DNA of 64,000 nt from NCBI GenBank assembly GCA_963755915.1, contig CAVWLP010000002.1:3744001-3808000 (forward strand), read 5' to 3'. The notes under the pieces are model-generated. The model saw nothing but the letters and a program-made list of their open reading frames with translations, was not told the origin of the DNA and did no database searches. Within the stretch, counting starts at the first letter, position 1; the number at the start of each line of letters is the position of its first letter. This stretch comes from an uncultured Phycisphaerales bacterium. GTDB taxonomy: Bacteria; Planctomycetota; Phycisphaerae; Tepidisphaerales; Tepidisphaeraceae. The position numbers and the translations under genes were made by a program. Positions 42,052-53,176 of this stretch are shown piece by piece.

Positions 42052-42906
42052 TCACGGCTTCAAAATCACATTGTCAATCAGCCGCGTCGTCCCCACCCGC
42101 GCTGCCACCGCCAGAACTATCGGCCCAGCAACGACCTGCACATCCTTCAACGTCTTGGCATCCACCGCCGCCACATAGTCCACCGAAAGCGGCACCCGCC
42201 CCAGCGTTCCCGGATCCAGCAGCATATGCTGCATCGTCGCCAGCAACCGGTTCGTCTGGCGGACGCCCTTGGTCCATTCCTCCCGCGCCGCGAACAAACA
42301 TCGGCTCAGCGCCAGCCCGCGCTGCCGCTCATCGGCAGACAGATACTGATTCCGGCTGCTCATCGCCATACCATCCGCATCGCGGACGGTGGGGCACATG
42401 ATGATCCGGATCGGGAAATCCAGGGCGGCCGTCATCGTCTGGATGATCAGAAACTGCTGATAATCCTTCTGCCCAAAGCAAGCCGCCTGCGGGGTGACGA
42501 TGTTGAAGAGCTTCGCCACGACCTGGCAAACGCCTTTGAAATGGTGCGGCCGAATCCGCCCCTCCAGCACGCCGCTGAGCTGCGGAAAATCCAGATTCAC
42601 TTCCGCGACGTGAGCAGGGGGGTACATCTGTTCTTCGGTCGGATTGAAGACCATCGCCACCCCCGCCTCCCGGCACTTGGCCAGGTCCGCCTCCACTGGC
42701 CGGGGGTACTTCTTAAAATCCTCGCGCGGCCCAAACTGCGTCGGATTCACGAAAATGCTCACCACGACATTGTCGCCATGTTTCCGCCCCTCCTCGATCA
42801 GCGAAACATGCCCCGCATGCAGCGCCCCCATAGTCGGCACCAGCACAATCCTGCCAAGCTTCTCCCGCTCCCGGCGACAATCGGACAAAGTGTTAACGAC
42901 GATCAT
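42052..42906 (-). CDS. panC: Pantoate--beta-alanine ligase
   Basis: VPTMGALHAGH, SIFVNPTQF, FGQKDYQQ, AMSSRN, TRLIDN. Confidence 0.97.
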   Translation of the reverse strand: MIVVNTLSDCRREREKLGRIVLVPTMGALHAGHVSLIEEGRKHGDNVVVSIFVNPTQFGPREDFKKYPRPVEADLAKCREAGVAMVFNPTEEQMYPPAHVAEVNLDFPQLSGVLEGRIRPHHFKGVCQVVAKLFNIVTPQAACFGQKDYQQFLIIQTMTAALDFPIRIIMCPTVRDADGMAMSSRNQYLSADERQRGLALSRCLFAAREEWTKGVRQTNRLLATMQHMLLDPGTLGRVPLSVDYVAAVDAKTLKDVQVVAGPIVLAVAARVGTTRLIDNVILKP

Positions 42907-42946
42907 ATGGTCCGAACTGTACCGAGTACGCACAAAAGTGCGAGCG

Positions 42947-42998
42947 ATTGCCTATTTCCTATTGCCTATTTGAGATTTCGAAATAGGCAATAGGAAAT
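42947..42998. repeat. Heptamer tandem repeat (ATTGCCT/ATTTCCT) forming an 18-bp perfect hairpin
   Basis: atttcctattgcctattt (42954-42971) / aaataggcaataggaaat (42981-42998) in the panC-hisF divergent spacer. Confidence 0.8.
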
Positions 42999-43030
42999 TT
43001 CCCACGTGTCCCCGCTATAATCGGAAGTCG

Positions 43031-43801
43031 ATGCTTACCAAGCGCATCATCCCTTGCTTAGACGTCGATCGCGGCCGCGTGGTCAAAGGTGTGAAATTCT
43101 TCGACCACGTCGACGCCGGCGATCCTGTCGCTCTCGCCCGTCGATATCAGGAAGAGGGGGCGGATGAGCTGGTCTTCTACGACATTTCCGCGAGCCATGA
43201 AGGCCGCGAGATCATGGCCGACCTTGTCGCCCGCGTCATGGATGAGATCTTCATGCCCCTGACCGTCGGCGGCGGCATCCGAACGCTGGAAGATGCGACG
43301 CGCCTCATTCAGGCCGGGGCGGAAAAAGTCAGCCTGAACTCCGCGGCCGTGCGAAACCCGCGATTGCTGGGAGAAATCTCCCGTAAATTCGGCTGCTGCG
43401 CCACGGTGCTGGGCCTCGACGCCAACCGGGTGAAAAAAGACGGCTCGGAAAAATGGGAAGTTTTCGTCAACGGCGGCCGTGTCCCTACTGGTCTCGATGT
43501 TCTCACCTGGGCCAAGGAAGCGGAGGACCTGGGCGCCGGCGAAATCGTCCTGAACGTCATGAACGCCGACGGCACGACGGCGGGTTACGACCTGGAAATG
43601 ACCGCCGCCATCAGTGACGCCGTCAAGATCCCGGTAGTCGCCAGCGGTGGGGCGGGGAGCCCGCAGCATTTGCTCGACGTGCTGACCACGGGCCACGCGG
43701 ATGCGGCGCTGGCGGCAAGTATTTTTCACTTTGGGACGTTCTCGATCCCCGCAGTGAAGAGATTCCTCGCGGATCATGGGGTTGCCGTCAGGATCATTTA
43801 A
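43031..43801 (+). CDS. hisF: Imidazole glycerol phosphate synthase cyclase subunit
   Basis: [44 protein letters not shown]. Confidence 0.97.
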   Translation: MLTKRIIPCLDVDRGRVVKGVKFFDHVDAGDPVALARRYQEEGADELVFYDISASHEGREIMADLVARVMDEIFMPLTVGGGIRTLEDATRLIQAGAEKVSLNSAAVRNPRLLGEISRKFGCCATVLGLDANRVKKDGSEKWEVFVNGGRVPTGLDVLTWAKEAEDLGAGEIVLNVMNADGTTAGYDLEMTAAISDAVKIPVVASGGAGSPQHLLDVLTTGHADAALAASIFHFGTFSIPAVKRFLADHGVAVRII

Positions 43802-43809
43802 GCCCGCCG

Positions 43810-44865
43810 CTACTGCGGCATCCCAACCCTCATTTCCTTTACGGCAATTCCATCGCTCCACCTCCCCATGAACCTTTGCTGGAACGTATTACCGAAGGCG
43901 TACTCCCCATTCTTGCCAAAAAACGCCTGGTCCGTCAGGCCGTCGAACAGCTTCCAGATACCATAATATTCCAGAGCGGTAGGGGGCTGATTCTCGACGT
44001 ACATCCGCATGCGCCGTATCAGCGGGCCCTCGCTTAGAGGGACGGCCGATGGGTCCAAAATCTTCCCCGCCACCGGGCACATATGGTTGGCGATCAGCCG
44101 CGGGCGGCCGTGGTCGTCGGAGACGAGCGTGAGATAATCTTTATGATCCGCCGGGATTTGTGTCAGGCGTGAATAAATCATTTGTGCGGTGTCCGTTCCC
44201 GCTAACTCGTCCGCATCTCCGACAATCACCAGTGCGAATGTATCGGCAGGAATTCTGGAAAAATCCGCGACTGGCATATGAATCGCCGGGTCATCGATCA
44301 GATGATTCCCCGGCTCGACGCAGCAAAAGGCCTTGGGGACAGGCAGGCCATTGGCCGCGGCCTCGGCAACAAGATTCGCGGTGATTGCCCCGCCCAGCGA
44401 GTGGCCCACTATCGCCACATGATCCAGTTGCGGCTTCACATGCCCAGGATTTGCCAGTTCCGCGAACGCCGCCTTCACCGAAGCGATCGCATTCGGGGTG
44501 AAATCGTTCATTGAGGTCGCGATCGACGATTGATAAATCGGGTAGATCACGATGTTCCCACGCCGGACCAAATGCGTGATCCATTTCCCATACGTATTGG
44601 GCGTCAAGACGCTCCAGCCGTGCAGGAAAATAACAACCGGCGCGGAATCCGGTGTCGGATCAGCCGGCTCAAAGATCCAATACTTCGTGCTGCCCGTGCC
44701 GTACCGGTGCATTGCCAGATCGCCAAACGGATAATCACTGCTCCCCGGCCCAATCGTGGGCTGCTGTGGTGGCGAGGGAAGCGTCGTCGCGGCGCCCGGG
44801 CAAATGCATGCCATCGCCGCCAATAGAATCAGGCCAAATCCCACGGTCCCAAGCCTTCTTCTCAT
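43810..44865 (-). CDS. Secreted alpha/beta hydrolase (chlorophyllase/lipase-like)
   Basis: Signal peptide, PVVIFLHGW, GHSLGG nucleophile elbow, GDAD, ANH. Confidence 0.82.
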   Translation of the reverse strand: MRRRLGTVGFGLILLAAMACICPGAATTLPSPPQQPTIGPGSSDYPFGDLAMHRYGTGSTKYWIFEPADPTPDSAPVVIFLHGWSVLTPNTYGKWITHLVRRGNIVIYPIYQSSIATSMNDFTPNAIASVKAAFAELANPGHVKPQLDHVAIVGHSLGGAITANLVAEAAANGLPVPKAFCCVEPGNHLIDDPAIHMPVADFSRIPADTFALVIVGDADELAGTDTAQMIYSRLTQIPADHKDYLTLVSDDHGRPRLIANHMCPVAGKILDPSAVPLSEGPLIRRMRMYVENQPPTALEYYGIWKLFDGLTDQAFFGKNGEYAFGNTFQQRFMGRWSDGIAVKEMRVGMPQ

Positions 44866-44875
44866 CGATGCAGGA

Positions 44876-44952
44876 ATTTTACCGCGGAGCACGCAGAGAG
44901 CGCTGAGAAAAAAGTTTTGTCTCCGCGCTCTCGGCGTGCTCCGCGGTGAAAT
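44876..44952. repeat. REP-like inverted repeat (CGCAGAG family)
   Basis: taccgcggagcacgcagagagcgctgaga ... tctccgcgctctcggcgtgctccgcggtg. Confidence 0.8.
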
Positions 44953-44974
44953 CAGCTTTTCGCAGGGAATCAGT

Positions 44975-45716
44975 TCACTTTTCACTTCGCGCGGCATGAG
45001 GCGCGGAATAATTGCAGCTATCGAGATAGGCCGTGACTTCGCGCCGCAGCTGGCGCTGGATGGCCCGCGGATCTTGGCGGGCATCTACGCAGTGAAATCC
45101 GTATTCCTCAGCCATGGCATCGAACTGGCCGATCAGCTCCCCCTGATAGGCCACGAAGCTGTCGAACAGATCGTCCCCCCAGTTCATATCCAGCCCGCTC
45201 TCCCAGTAATTCATCTTTCCCGCTTCCAGGACGCGGGGCACAAGGTCTTCGGTGCCAAGCTGCAAATAAAATACCAGATCCGGCTGCACCGCGAATGAAA
45301 AGAGGTCCCGCAGCCAGCTTTTGTCGGCATCCCGCGCCACGCCGCGCCAGCAGCGTGTAAATATACCGGTCGGCAAGCACGATAAATCCGCTCTTCAGGG
45401 CGGGAATGATCTGGTATTCCATCCGGTCGGCCAGGTCGGTTGCATACATCAGGCAATACGTCAGCCGATGCAGCGAATGGCCTTCCTTGGCGTCAGTGAT
45501 CGCCTTGCCGACCAGCTTACTTCGGGTCCAACCAGTGTCGATGACCGCATATCCCTGAACCTCTAGCCATTCCTTGAGCATGATCGCCTGGGTGCTTCGG
45601 CCGCAACCATCGGTTCCCTCGATCACGATGAGCTTCCCGGTTGCGCCTTCCATCGGAAGGTACGGCATGGCGTGGCCCATGTAGCGGAATTCTGAATTGT
45701 TGGAATCAGAAGACAT
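44975..45716 (-). CDS. Thymidylate-kinase-like protein 2 (frameshift near 45350)
   Basis: GKLIVIEGTDGCGRSTQ, LADRYIYT, PDLVFYL, YWESGLD. Confidence 0.85.
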
Positions 45717-46406
45717 GGTTCACCACCTGCACCGCGGGCGCATGGTAATCCTCGAGCGTCCGGTCGATGTAGTTGCGAACGATCTGCTGCTGCTCGCCGA
45801 TGCTTTGCGTGGCGTCGATTTCGGTCAGACCGTATTCGGCAGTTATTCTCACATATTCATCCAGGATCCGGCCCTGGAAGAGCTTGAAGCTTGTGACCGG
45901 GTCGGCCGACAGCCTCAGGTCCATTCCAGCTTCGTATTCCTTGATTTTCGCCCGCCCGGAAAGGAGTCGGGCGACGCTGACCTCGATGGGAACATTGAAA
46001 TAAAACGCCCGGTCCGGGCGCGGCGCGAATTGGAAAACCCGCCGCACCCAGTCCGGCTCGCACCCGCGGACGACGTCGCGGGCGAAGGCGGTGTAAACGT
46101 AACGGTCGGCCAGGACGATCATCCCGGCCTTCAGGGGCGGCAGAATGTTATGCACCAGGCGATAGGCGAAATCGGTCGCATGCAGAAGGGAAAAGGTGAG
46201 CGGCGTTAGCGACATTTTCTTCTTGCCGCGCTTGGTGACCGTCTTCACCAGGTCTGCACTGTTCCATTCGGTAAAAAAAGTTTTCAGCCCTGCGCCTGGA
46301 GATAGCGCAGGGCAAGCTGAAGCTGCGTGCTCTTCCCGGAGCCGTCGATACCCTCGACGATGATCAGCTTTCCGGGAAACGTGTGTGGGGTCAGAAGTGA
46401 ATCCAT
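45706..46406 (-). CDS. Thymidylate-kinase-like protein 1 (frameshift near 46287)
   Basis: GKLIIVEGIDGSGKSTQ, TEWNS, LADRYVYTAFARD, YEAGMD. Confidence 0.85.
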
Positions 46407-46410
46407 GCAA

Positions 46411-47997
46411 CTATTTCTTTGCCAGCTCGAAGGAGATCGGCCGGCCAAAAACTTCCTCAAACCAATCGCGTTTTCGCCGCGCCCCAGAATTCCAGTTGGG
46501 CATCGGAGCGCGCGGTCATCGTACATTTGACCTTTTTGTCGGCGATCTTACACCGCAAGTCCTGAATTACCGAACTATGGCTGCGGTCCAAGCCATCCGA
46601 CAGACGCAGCAGAGCCGCCCCGATGTCGACGATCCGTCGCATTCGTGGGGGCAGGGTAGCGTAAGGGTCGTGCTTTTGCTTGGGCGTCGCCTTGCGATGG
46701 TATCGGGCGATGTTGGCAATCACTTTGATTTCATCTTCCGTAAAGTTCTTTAAATCTCCATGTAAGATCAGGTACATGCTGTGTTTATGGTGACCCGTCC
46801 TTCCGATGTGCCAGCCGATGTCATGCAGCAGGGCGCCATATTCGATCAGTTCGCGCTCAGCAGCGCCATCTTATGCAAGCCGCGCAATTCGTCGAAAAGT
46901 TTCATGCATATCTTGGCCACCTGCTCGCTGTGGCTCTTGTTCCAGTCAGACCGGCGGGCGAGGTCGATGACGCTGCGCCTTCGGGGATCGGGAAGCTGGC
47001 GGCGAATCGCCAGATCGGGCAGATGGCGGGAAAGGTAGTCGAGGAGAATTCCCTCGCGCAGAGCGGAGGGGCAAATTTCGATCCGCCGGATGCGCAGGCG
47101 GCGGAAAAGCTCGCTGACGAGTAACGCCCCGGCGACGATCTGGTCTTTCCGCTGGTCGTCGAGACCGCGGATGCGGGCGCGGTCCTTGGAACGGCTCTCA
47201 AGCACTTCGGCCAGCAGCTTCTCGAAGCGAGCGCGCTCGATGACTTGGTGGTGGTCGCTCTCGCCGTTATGGGGCGGCTCTGAGCCGGTCATGGCCGCGA
47301 GATTTTCGAGCGTGCCGCTGGTGCCGATCACCTTCACCGGGTGCAGCGCCTCGATCTGCTTGACGATCGGCGAAAGTTCCTTATCGTAATGCTTGAGCAA
47401 ATCCTGCTGGTCTTCGGCGCTGATCGGATCGGACTTCACGTACTGCGCGGTCATCCGTGCCGCGCCCAGCTTGCGGCTTTCCAGGAGCGAATATTGTTTG
47501 TCGTCCCCGACGATGAATTCGACGCTTCCGCCGCCGATGTCGATCATGAGGTGTGGCTGGGAGCGCAGGGGCATCGCATGACGCACCGCGAGATAAATCA
47601 GCCGCGCCTCATCGCGCGCGCTTACGATCTTCACGTACAAACCCAGTTGGCGGCGGATGCGCTCGATGAGGTCTCCGCCGTTTTCGGCTTCGCGGATGGC
47701 GCTGGTCGCGACGGCAATGATTTTTTCCGCCTGGCGCTGGTGGGCCGCCTGCTGGAACCGCTCGAGGACGGCCATGGCGCGGTCCATCGCGTCGAGTGTG
47801 AGTCGCCGGGAGGGAAAGCTGAGGCGGCCGAGGCCGACCGGCTCCTTGAGCCGCCAGAGGGTGGTGATTCCGCCGTCGGCGTCAGCCTGGGCGACGATCA
47901 TATGAATGCTGTTGGACCCGACGTCGATGGCCGCAAGGCGCAGCGATTCCCGGACATCCGATTTTGAGCCTGCACGCGAATGAGCAGCCAACGTCAT
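46411..47997 (-). CDS. ppx: Ppx/GppA exopolyphosphatase with HD domain (frameshifted C-terminal part)
   Basis: AAIDVGSNS, ATSAIREA, DIGGGSVE, ALREG, LLHDIG, HHKHS, ARYHRK, LRLSDGLDRSH. Confidence 0.9.
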
Positions 47998-48064
47998 TGG
48001 GGGCAACTATACCGCAATGGAATGCGGATTGCCGAGTACCAATCAAAACAGGGCAAATCAATTC

Positions 48065-48538
48065 TTAATAATCCAGCGAAATCCTCAAAAACGGCTTCGC
48101 AAGGCTATCGGTGAGGATAAACTTCAGGATATCCGCGATGGCATCGCGATTGTCCTTCCACATGAACATGCGATCCACGTCTGCCGCGGGAACCCAGCGG
48201 TGATCGTCGTGCTCGTCGTTAAGAATGATCGGCTGATCGCGCTTCACGATCGCGCAGAAGGGGACGCAGTGCCAGAGTGTATCGGTTGACGCGATATAAA
48301 AGACACTTACCTGGTCGAGGCGATAGAACTCCGCAGGAATCAATCCCGCTTCCTCTTTCAATTCGCGCAGAGCCGCCGTTACCGGCGATTCTCCTTCCTC
48401 CGATTGCCCATAGATCGCCTGCCAGGTTCCGCCCATGAAATCATCCACCCGTCGGCGCAACTGGAGAAATTTGTAAGATGTGGCGTCGGCGGAAGGACGG
48501 GCGACGTAGCAACTGACCATGTTGTAACGGATCTGCAT
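48065..48538 (-). CDS. NUDIX hydrolase (NudB-like)
   Basis: GQSEEGESPVTAALRELKEEAG Nudix box, LNDEH. Confidence 0.88.
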   Translation of the reverse strand: MQIRYNMVSCYVARPSADATSYKFLQLRRRVDDFMGGTWQAIYGQSEEGESPVTAALRELKEEAGLIPAEFYRLDQVSVFYIASTDTLWHCVPFCAIVKRDQPIILNDEHDDHRWVPAADVDRMFMWKDNRDAIADILKFILTDSLAKPFLRISLDY

Positions 48539-48551
48539 GGAAGGAGATTAG

Positions 48552-49102
48552 ATGGCCTGGAACGTTGAAATCAAGGCGAAGGTTGCGAGCTTTGAGGAGA
48601 TGCGCGCCGAATCCGCGCATTCGTCGATGATGCGGGCCAGAAATTGGAGCAGGAGGACGTTTTTTTCAGCGTCCCGCGCGGCCGGATGAAACTTCGCACG
48701 GTTAATGGCAGATGCGAATTGATTTACTATTTCCGCGAAAATACGCCGCGGCCTCGGCAGTCGAACTATCTCATCATTCCGATTGAAAATGGCCGCGCGG
48801 CTCGTAAAATGCTCGCCGCCGTGCATGGCGAGATCGGGGTTGTGCGGAAAACTCGCTGGCTCTACCTGGCCGGGCAAACGCGAATCCACCTCGATCGGGT
48901 GGAAGGTCTTGGGGATTTCCTCGAACTGGAAGTTGTGATGCGCGAGAAACAGCCGGCGGAGGAGGGCGAAGCGATCGCCGCCGAACTGATGGCCCGGTTG
49001 GGTATCGCGAAGGACCAACTCCTGGACCGTGCGTACGTGGATTATCTCTCGGAAGCCGCCTCTAAATCAGCATCATCCCCGGCTGTTCGAGCAGCGACTT
49101 GA
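48552..49102 (+). CDS. CYTH-domain protein (class IV adenylate cyclase/triphosphate tunnel family), frameshifted near N-terminus
   Basis: NVEIKAK (ExK), QEDVFF, GRMKLR, VRKTR, HLDRVEGLGDFLELEVV, AYVD. Confidence 0.85.
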
Positions 49103-50403
49103 GCGTCTTGAGGAAATCCGCCGCGGCCGCGCCGTCCACGACCCGGTGATCGGCCGACAGCGTCATGGAGAGCATCGTTCGCGCGAGGATTTGATCGCCG
49201 CGAACCACCGGGCGTTTTTCCGCGGCGCCGACGGCAAGAATCGCCACTTGCGGTGGATTGATAATCGCGGAAAACTCGCGGATCCCAAATGCGCCCAGGT
49301 TGCTGACCGTAAAGGTCCCGCCCATCATCTCGTCCTGCTTGAGCCGCTGGGCCCGCGCGCGATCGACCAGATCGACGCTGCGCTGGCGGATTTCTTTCAG
49401 CCCCATCGTGTGGATGTTCCGCAGCACCGGGACGATCAGCCCATCGGGAATCGAAACGGCCATCCCCAGGTTCACCTCGGGATGCCGGGTGATTTCATCG
49501 CCGCTGAAGGTGGAGTTGATCCCGGGATGGCGGACCAGCGCGATGGCCACGGCCTTGGAGACGAAATCTCCGATGCTGAGGCGGACCTTTTCGGCTTCCA
49601 GCATCTCGTTCATCCTGGCGCGGAGTTTCACGATATCTTCGACGTCGGCGTCGATCGTTTCGTAGAAATGCGGGATGTTTTGCTTGGAGGCGACGAGCTG
49701 CCGGGCGATGGCCGCGCGCATCTTGGTCATGCCTACAACCTGCGTCTCGCCGTTCCGCGGGGAAGCGGGTGCGGCTGGCGCCGCGAGCGGCACGGCTTTG
49801 AGATTGATCATGTCCTGCTTGACGATTCGGCCGCCCGGGCCTGAGCCGCGGAGGGCGGAGATATCGATGTTTCCTTGCCGGGCGATTCGCCGCGCCAGGG
49901 GGGAAACCCGTTGCCGGCGCCGCCATTTCCCGAGTGAGGCAGGGGGGGTACGGCGGTGGGGGCCTCGCGGGTCGCTCCATGCCCGACATTGTCCGGCTCG
50001 CGAATTTCACCCACGCTGGCCTTGGCGAAATTCTCCGCGGTAGCCATCACCGGCTTGCGCGTCGCCGCCACTTCCTGGCGAGAGTGCGGCGCGGGAGCAG
50101 CGGCCGATGCGGCTGGCGCTGCGAGCGCGACGCGTATTGCTTTTTTACTTCCCCGGGATTTTCCGAACCTGTTGAGATCACCGCCAGCAGGGAGCCCACC
50201 GTTACCTTCTCTCCTTCACTGGCAACCAGCGCGGCCACCACGCCGTCGTCAAATACCTCCTGCTCCATCACGGCCTTGTCGGTTTCCACCTCGGCGATCT
50301 TCTCGCCGGACTTGATCGCCTCCCCCTCCTTTTTCAGCCATTTTACAAGCGTACCTTCGGTCATCGTATCGCTGAGCTGCGGCATGGTGATTTCAACGGG
50401 CAT
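49062..50403 (-). CDS. pdhC: Pyruvate dehydrogenase E2 dihydrolipoamide acetyltransferase (frameshifted in linker)
   Basis: Lipoyl domain MPQLSDTMTEG...VETDKA; GSGPGGRI E3-binding motif; DHRVVDGA catalytic motif. Confidence 0.92.
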
Positions 50404-50410
50404 TGTTTTC

Positions 50411-51394
50411 CTACTTGTAGCAAGCCTCTTTGACCGCGCTCACGATCCGGTCGACGCTGGGAAGCATCGCCTCCTCCAAGGGGTGCGAGAAGGGGACCGG
50501 AACCTCGTCGCTGTGCACGTATTCGATCGGCGCGTCCAGATCGTCGAAGCTTCGCTTCTGAATCTTGTAGAGAATGCCGCTGCCCATCCCGCAGTATCCC
50601 CAGTCTTCGTCGACGATGACGCAGCGATTGGTCTTGTCGATGGATTCGGCGATCGTCTCGACGTCCAGCGGCCGCAGCGTGCGGATGTCGATGAGCTCCA
50701 CATCGATTCCATGATCATTGACGAGCGCCTCGACGGCCGGGCGCACGACGCGCTGAAGGGGGCGGCCGTAGCTCACCAGCGTGACGTCGGCGCCTTGGCG
50801 CTCAACCTTCGCCTTGCCGATGGGGAGCAGATATTCCTCCAGTGGGACTTCTTCCTTTTCGCCGAGCATCTTCTCCGATTCCAGGAAAATCACGGGGTCG
50901 TCGCAGCGAATCGAGGATTTCAAGAGGCCCTTGGCCTCGTATGGCGTGCTGGGTGCCACGACGATCAGGCCTGGGATGCGAGCATAAATCGATTCCATGC
51001 GATGGCTGTGGGTCGCCCCGAGCTGATGGGCGATCCCGTTGCCGCCGCGGAAGACGATGGGAATCTTGAACTGTCCGCCGGACATGTACCGCACGTTGGC
51101 GGCGTTGTTGACGAGCTGGTCCATGCAGACGAGCGTGAACGACCAACTCATGAATTCGATGATCGGCCGCAGCCCGCAGCAGGCGGCGCCAACGCCAAGG
51201 CCGGAAAAGGCCGCCTCGCTGATGGGCGTATCGAAGATCCGCCGGGGACCGAATTTCTCCAGCATCCCTTCGGAAACTTTGTACGCGCCGTTGTATTGCG
51301 CGACTTCCTCTCCCATCAGGAACACGTTTTCATCCCGCTCCATTTCCTCGGTCATGGCAGCGCGGAGGGCTTCACGGAATTGAATTACTGGCAT
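50411..51394 (-). CDS. pdhB: Pyruvate dehydrogenase E1 beta subunit
   Basis: GEEVAQYNGAYKVS, DTPISE, GATHS, DPVIFLE. Confidence 0.95.
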   Translation of the reverse strand: MPVIQFREALRAAMTEEMERDENVFLMGEEVAQYNGAYKVSEGMLEKFGPRRIFDTPISEAAFSGLGVGAACCGLRPIIEFMSWSFTLVCMDQLVNNAANVRYMSGGQFKIPIVFRGGNGIAHQLGATHSHRMESIYARIPGLIVVAPSTPYEAKGLLKSSIRCDDPVIFLESEKMLGEKEEVPLEEYLLPIGKAKVERQGADVTLVSYGRPLQRVVRPAVEALVNDHGIDVELIDIRTLRPLDVETIAESIDKTNRCVIVDEDWGYCGMGSGILYKIQKRSFDDLDAPIEYVHSDEVPVPFSHPLEEAMLPSVDRIVSAVKEACYK

Positions 51395-51407
51395 AAGTTT
51401 TTTTCTC

Positions 51408-51803
51408 TTAACTTAGTCGTTTCAGCAGACCTTCTGTTCTGACTTTCCATTCCGGATAGGACTGCGATTCTTTCCAATGATCGCGAAGCCCCGAATCTCG
51501 AAGAACTCTTTTCACCGCCCGACGGGTGCGTTCAATCAAAGCCTGATCGGGATCGTCCTGGTCATCTATCCATTCATGAATCTCATCGGGCACATCGCCA
51601 GATTCTCTGGCGAATTGGATAACGATTACCTCGGCAGCCACCAATGCACACACGGCCGTGGCGGAATCGACGTATTGGTCATCGGCGTCCGGAACACAAT
51701 AAACCGCATCAGCGATAACTTGCATGTCCCTCGCCTCAACGATTTCATCGATGAAATCGCGGGCGGCATCATCGTCAAAAGGCGAAACGCCCCGAGCACC
51801 CAT
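51408..51803 (-). CDS. DUF4259-like acidic helical protein
   Basis: MGARGVSPFDDDAARDF, ALVAAEVI, SGLRDHW...W...L..RL resemble the DUF4259 pattern. Confidence 0.7.
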   Translation of the reverse strand: MGARGVSPFDDDAARDFIDEIVEARDMQVIADAVYCVPDADDQYVDSATAVCALVAAEVIVIQFARESGDVPDEIHEWIDDQDDPDQALIERTRRAVKRVLRDSGLRDHWKESQSYPEWKVRTEGLLKRLS

Positions 51804-51808
51804 GCCGA

Positions 51809-52840
51809 TTACCTCGGCTCAAACGGATACTTCTCCGCCAGCACGTCGTTGAACCGGTCGTTTAAATCCGGGAATGGGTCTGTGTCCGCCTGCTTGGTGG
51901 CCTGATCTATTTCCTGGGCGACCGTCTGTTCGATTTCCTGTAGCTGGCTATGCGTGACGAGCGAGGCCTGTTTGAGCCGGTCGGCATAGAGCGTGATTGG
52001 ATCGCGGAGCTTTGCCCGGTCGGCTTCCTCCTTGCTCCGATATTTCAGCGGGTCCGACATTGAGTGCCCCCGGAAGCGATAGGTGTTGGCGACGATATAG
52101 CTCGGCCCCTCGCCGCTTACGGCGCGCTGCTTGGCCTTCGAAAATTCGGCAATCACGATATCAACGTCATTTCCATCGATGCCGTAGTGCGGCATCGCAA
52201 ACGCTGCCCCGCGCTGGGCGAGGTCTTTCTCGGCGCTGGATCGTTCGATCTGTGTTCCCATGGCGATTCCGTTGTTCTCGACGACGAAAATCACCGGGAG
52301 CTTATAAAGGCTTGCAAGATTGAGTGATTCACTGAAAGACCCCTGATTGAGCGCCCCGTCCCCCATAAAGCAAAACGTCGCGCCCCCCGTTTTCTTGTAC
52401 CACTGCGCGAATGCCATTCCTACGCCCAGCGGTATTTGCCCTCCTACGATTCCGTGTCCCCCGTTGTTCCCCACCTCGGCCTGAAAGAGGTGCATCGATC
52501 CACCCTTGCCCTTGGAGCACCCAGTGCTCTTGCCGAAGAGCTCCGCCATCGCCGCGTGCGGCGACATGCCAAGGGCGAGGCTATGCCCGTGGCAGCGGTA
52601 GCCGTTGATGAGGTAATCCTTCGAGGGGTCGAAAATTGCGGCGGTGCCGACGGCGATGGCTTCCTGCCCGCTATAGAGATGGCAAAACCCGCCGATCTTC
52701 TGGCCCGGCCGCGTGTATTCCTGGTAGGTTCGCTCCTCAAACCGCCGAATGAGCATCATCATTCTCAGTCGGTCGCGTTCGAGTCGGCCGTCCGTCTTCT
52801 TCATCGCAGGCCGCCGGTCTACATGATCGGCTATTGTCAT
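51809..52840 (-). CDS. pdhA: Pyruvate dehydrogenase E1 alpha subunit
   Basis: GFCHLYSGQEA, GKGGSMH, GDGA...NN TPP motif, TYRFRGHSMSDP. Confidence 0.96.
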   Translation of the reverse strand: MTIADHVDRRPAMKKTDGRLERDRLRMMMLIRRFEERTYQEYTRPGQKIGGFCHLYSGQEAIAVGTAAIFDPSKDYLINGYRCHGHSLALGMSPHAAMAELFGKSTGCSKGKGGSMHLFQAEVGNNGGHGIVGGQIPLGVGMAFAQWYKKTGGATFCFMGDGALNQGSFSESLNLASLYKLPVIFVVENNGIAMGTQIERSSAEKDLAQRGAAFAMPHYGIDGNDVDIVIAEFSKAKQRAVSGEGPSYIVANTYRFRGHSMSDPLKYRSKEEADRAKLRDPITLYADRLKQASLVTHSQLQEIEQTVAQEIDQATKQADTDPFPDLNDRFNDVLAEKYPFEPR

Positions 52841-53176
52841 TTCAACAACTCCGTTTGATTCAACTGAACATCTTTCGAATGGGCATCGGTTGATTCACAA
52901 AAAGCGCAATACCGATCGGTATCCTCATCATATAAACTTCCCCCCCCAAATCCCGTTCCCATCGTCCCATGATACCGCGGCGTCATGGCAGTGTACTGTA
53001 TTTGCCCCACCCATCAAAGTCACTGCCGGATACAGCCGCCAAAACCTCTTATCGACCGAACTCGGAAATTACTCAACTCCCGCGACAACCGATAGTTCGA
53101 GCGTTATCAATACTATAGTCGATTGATGCCCCCTTTGTCGCCGGTAGCGTCGTGGGAGCAAATGCCCCCAGTTTAC

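Noticed and set aside
52841-53176. Long spacer before pdhA as an sRNA or small ORF
   Set aside because: No convincing structure, RBS or known RNA motif is visible by eye
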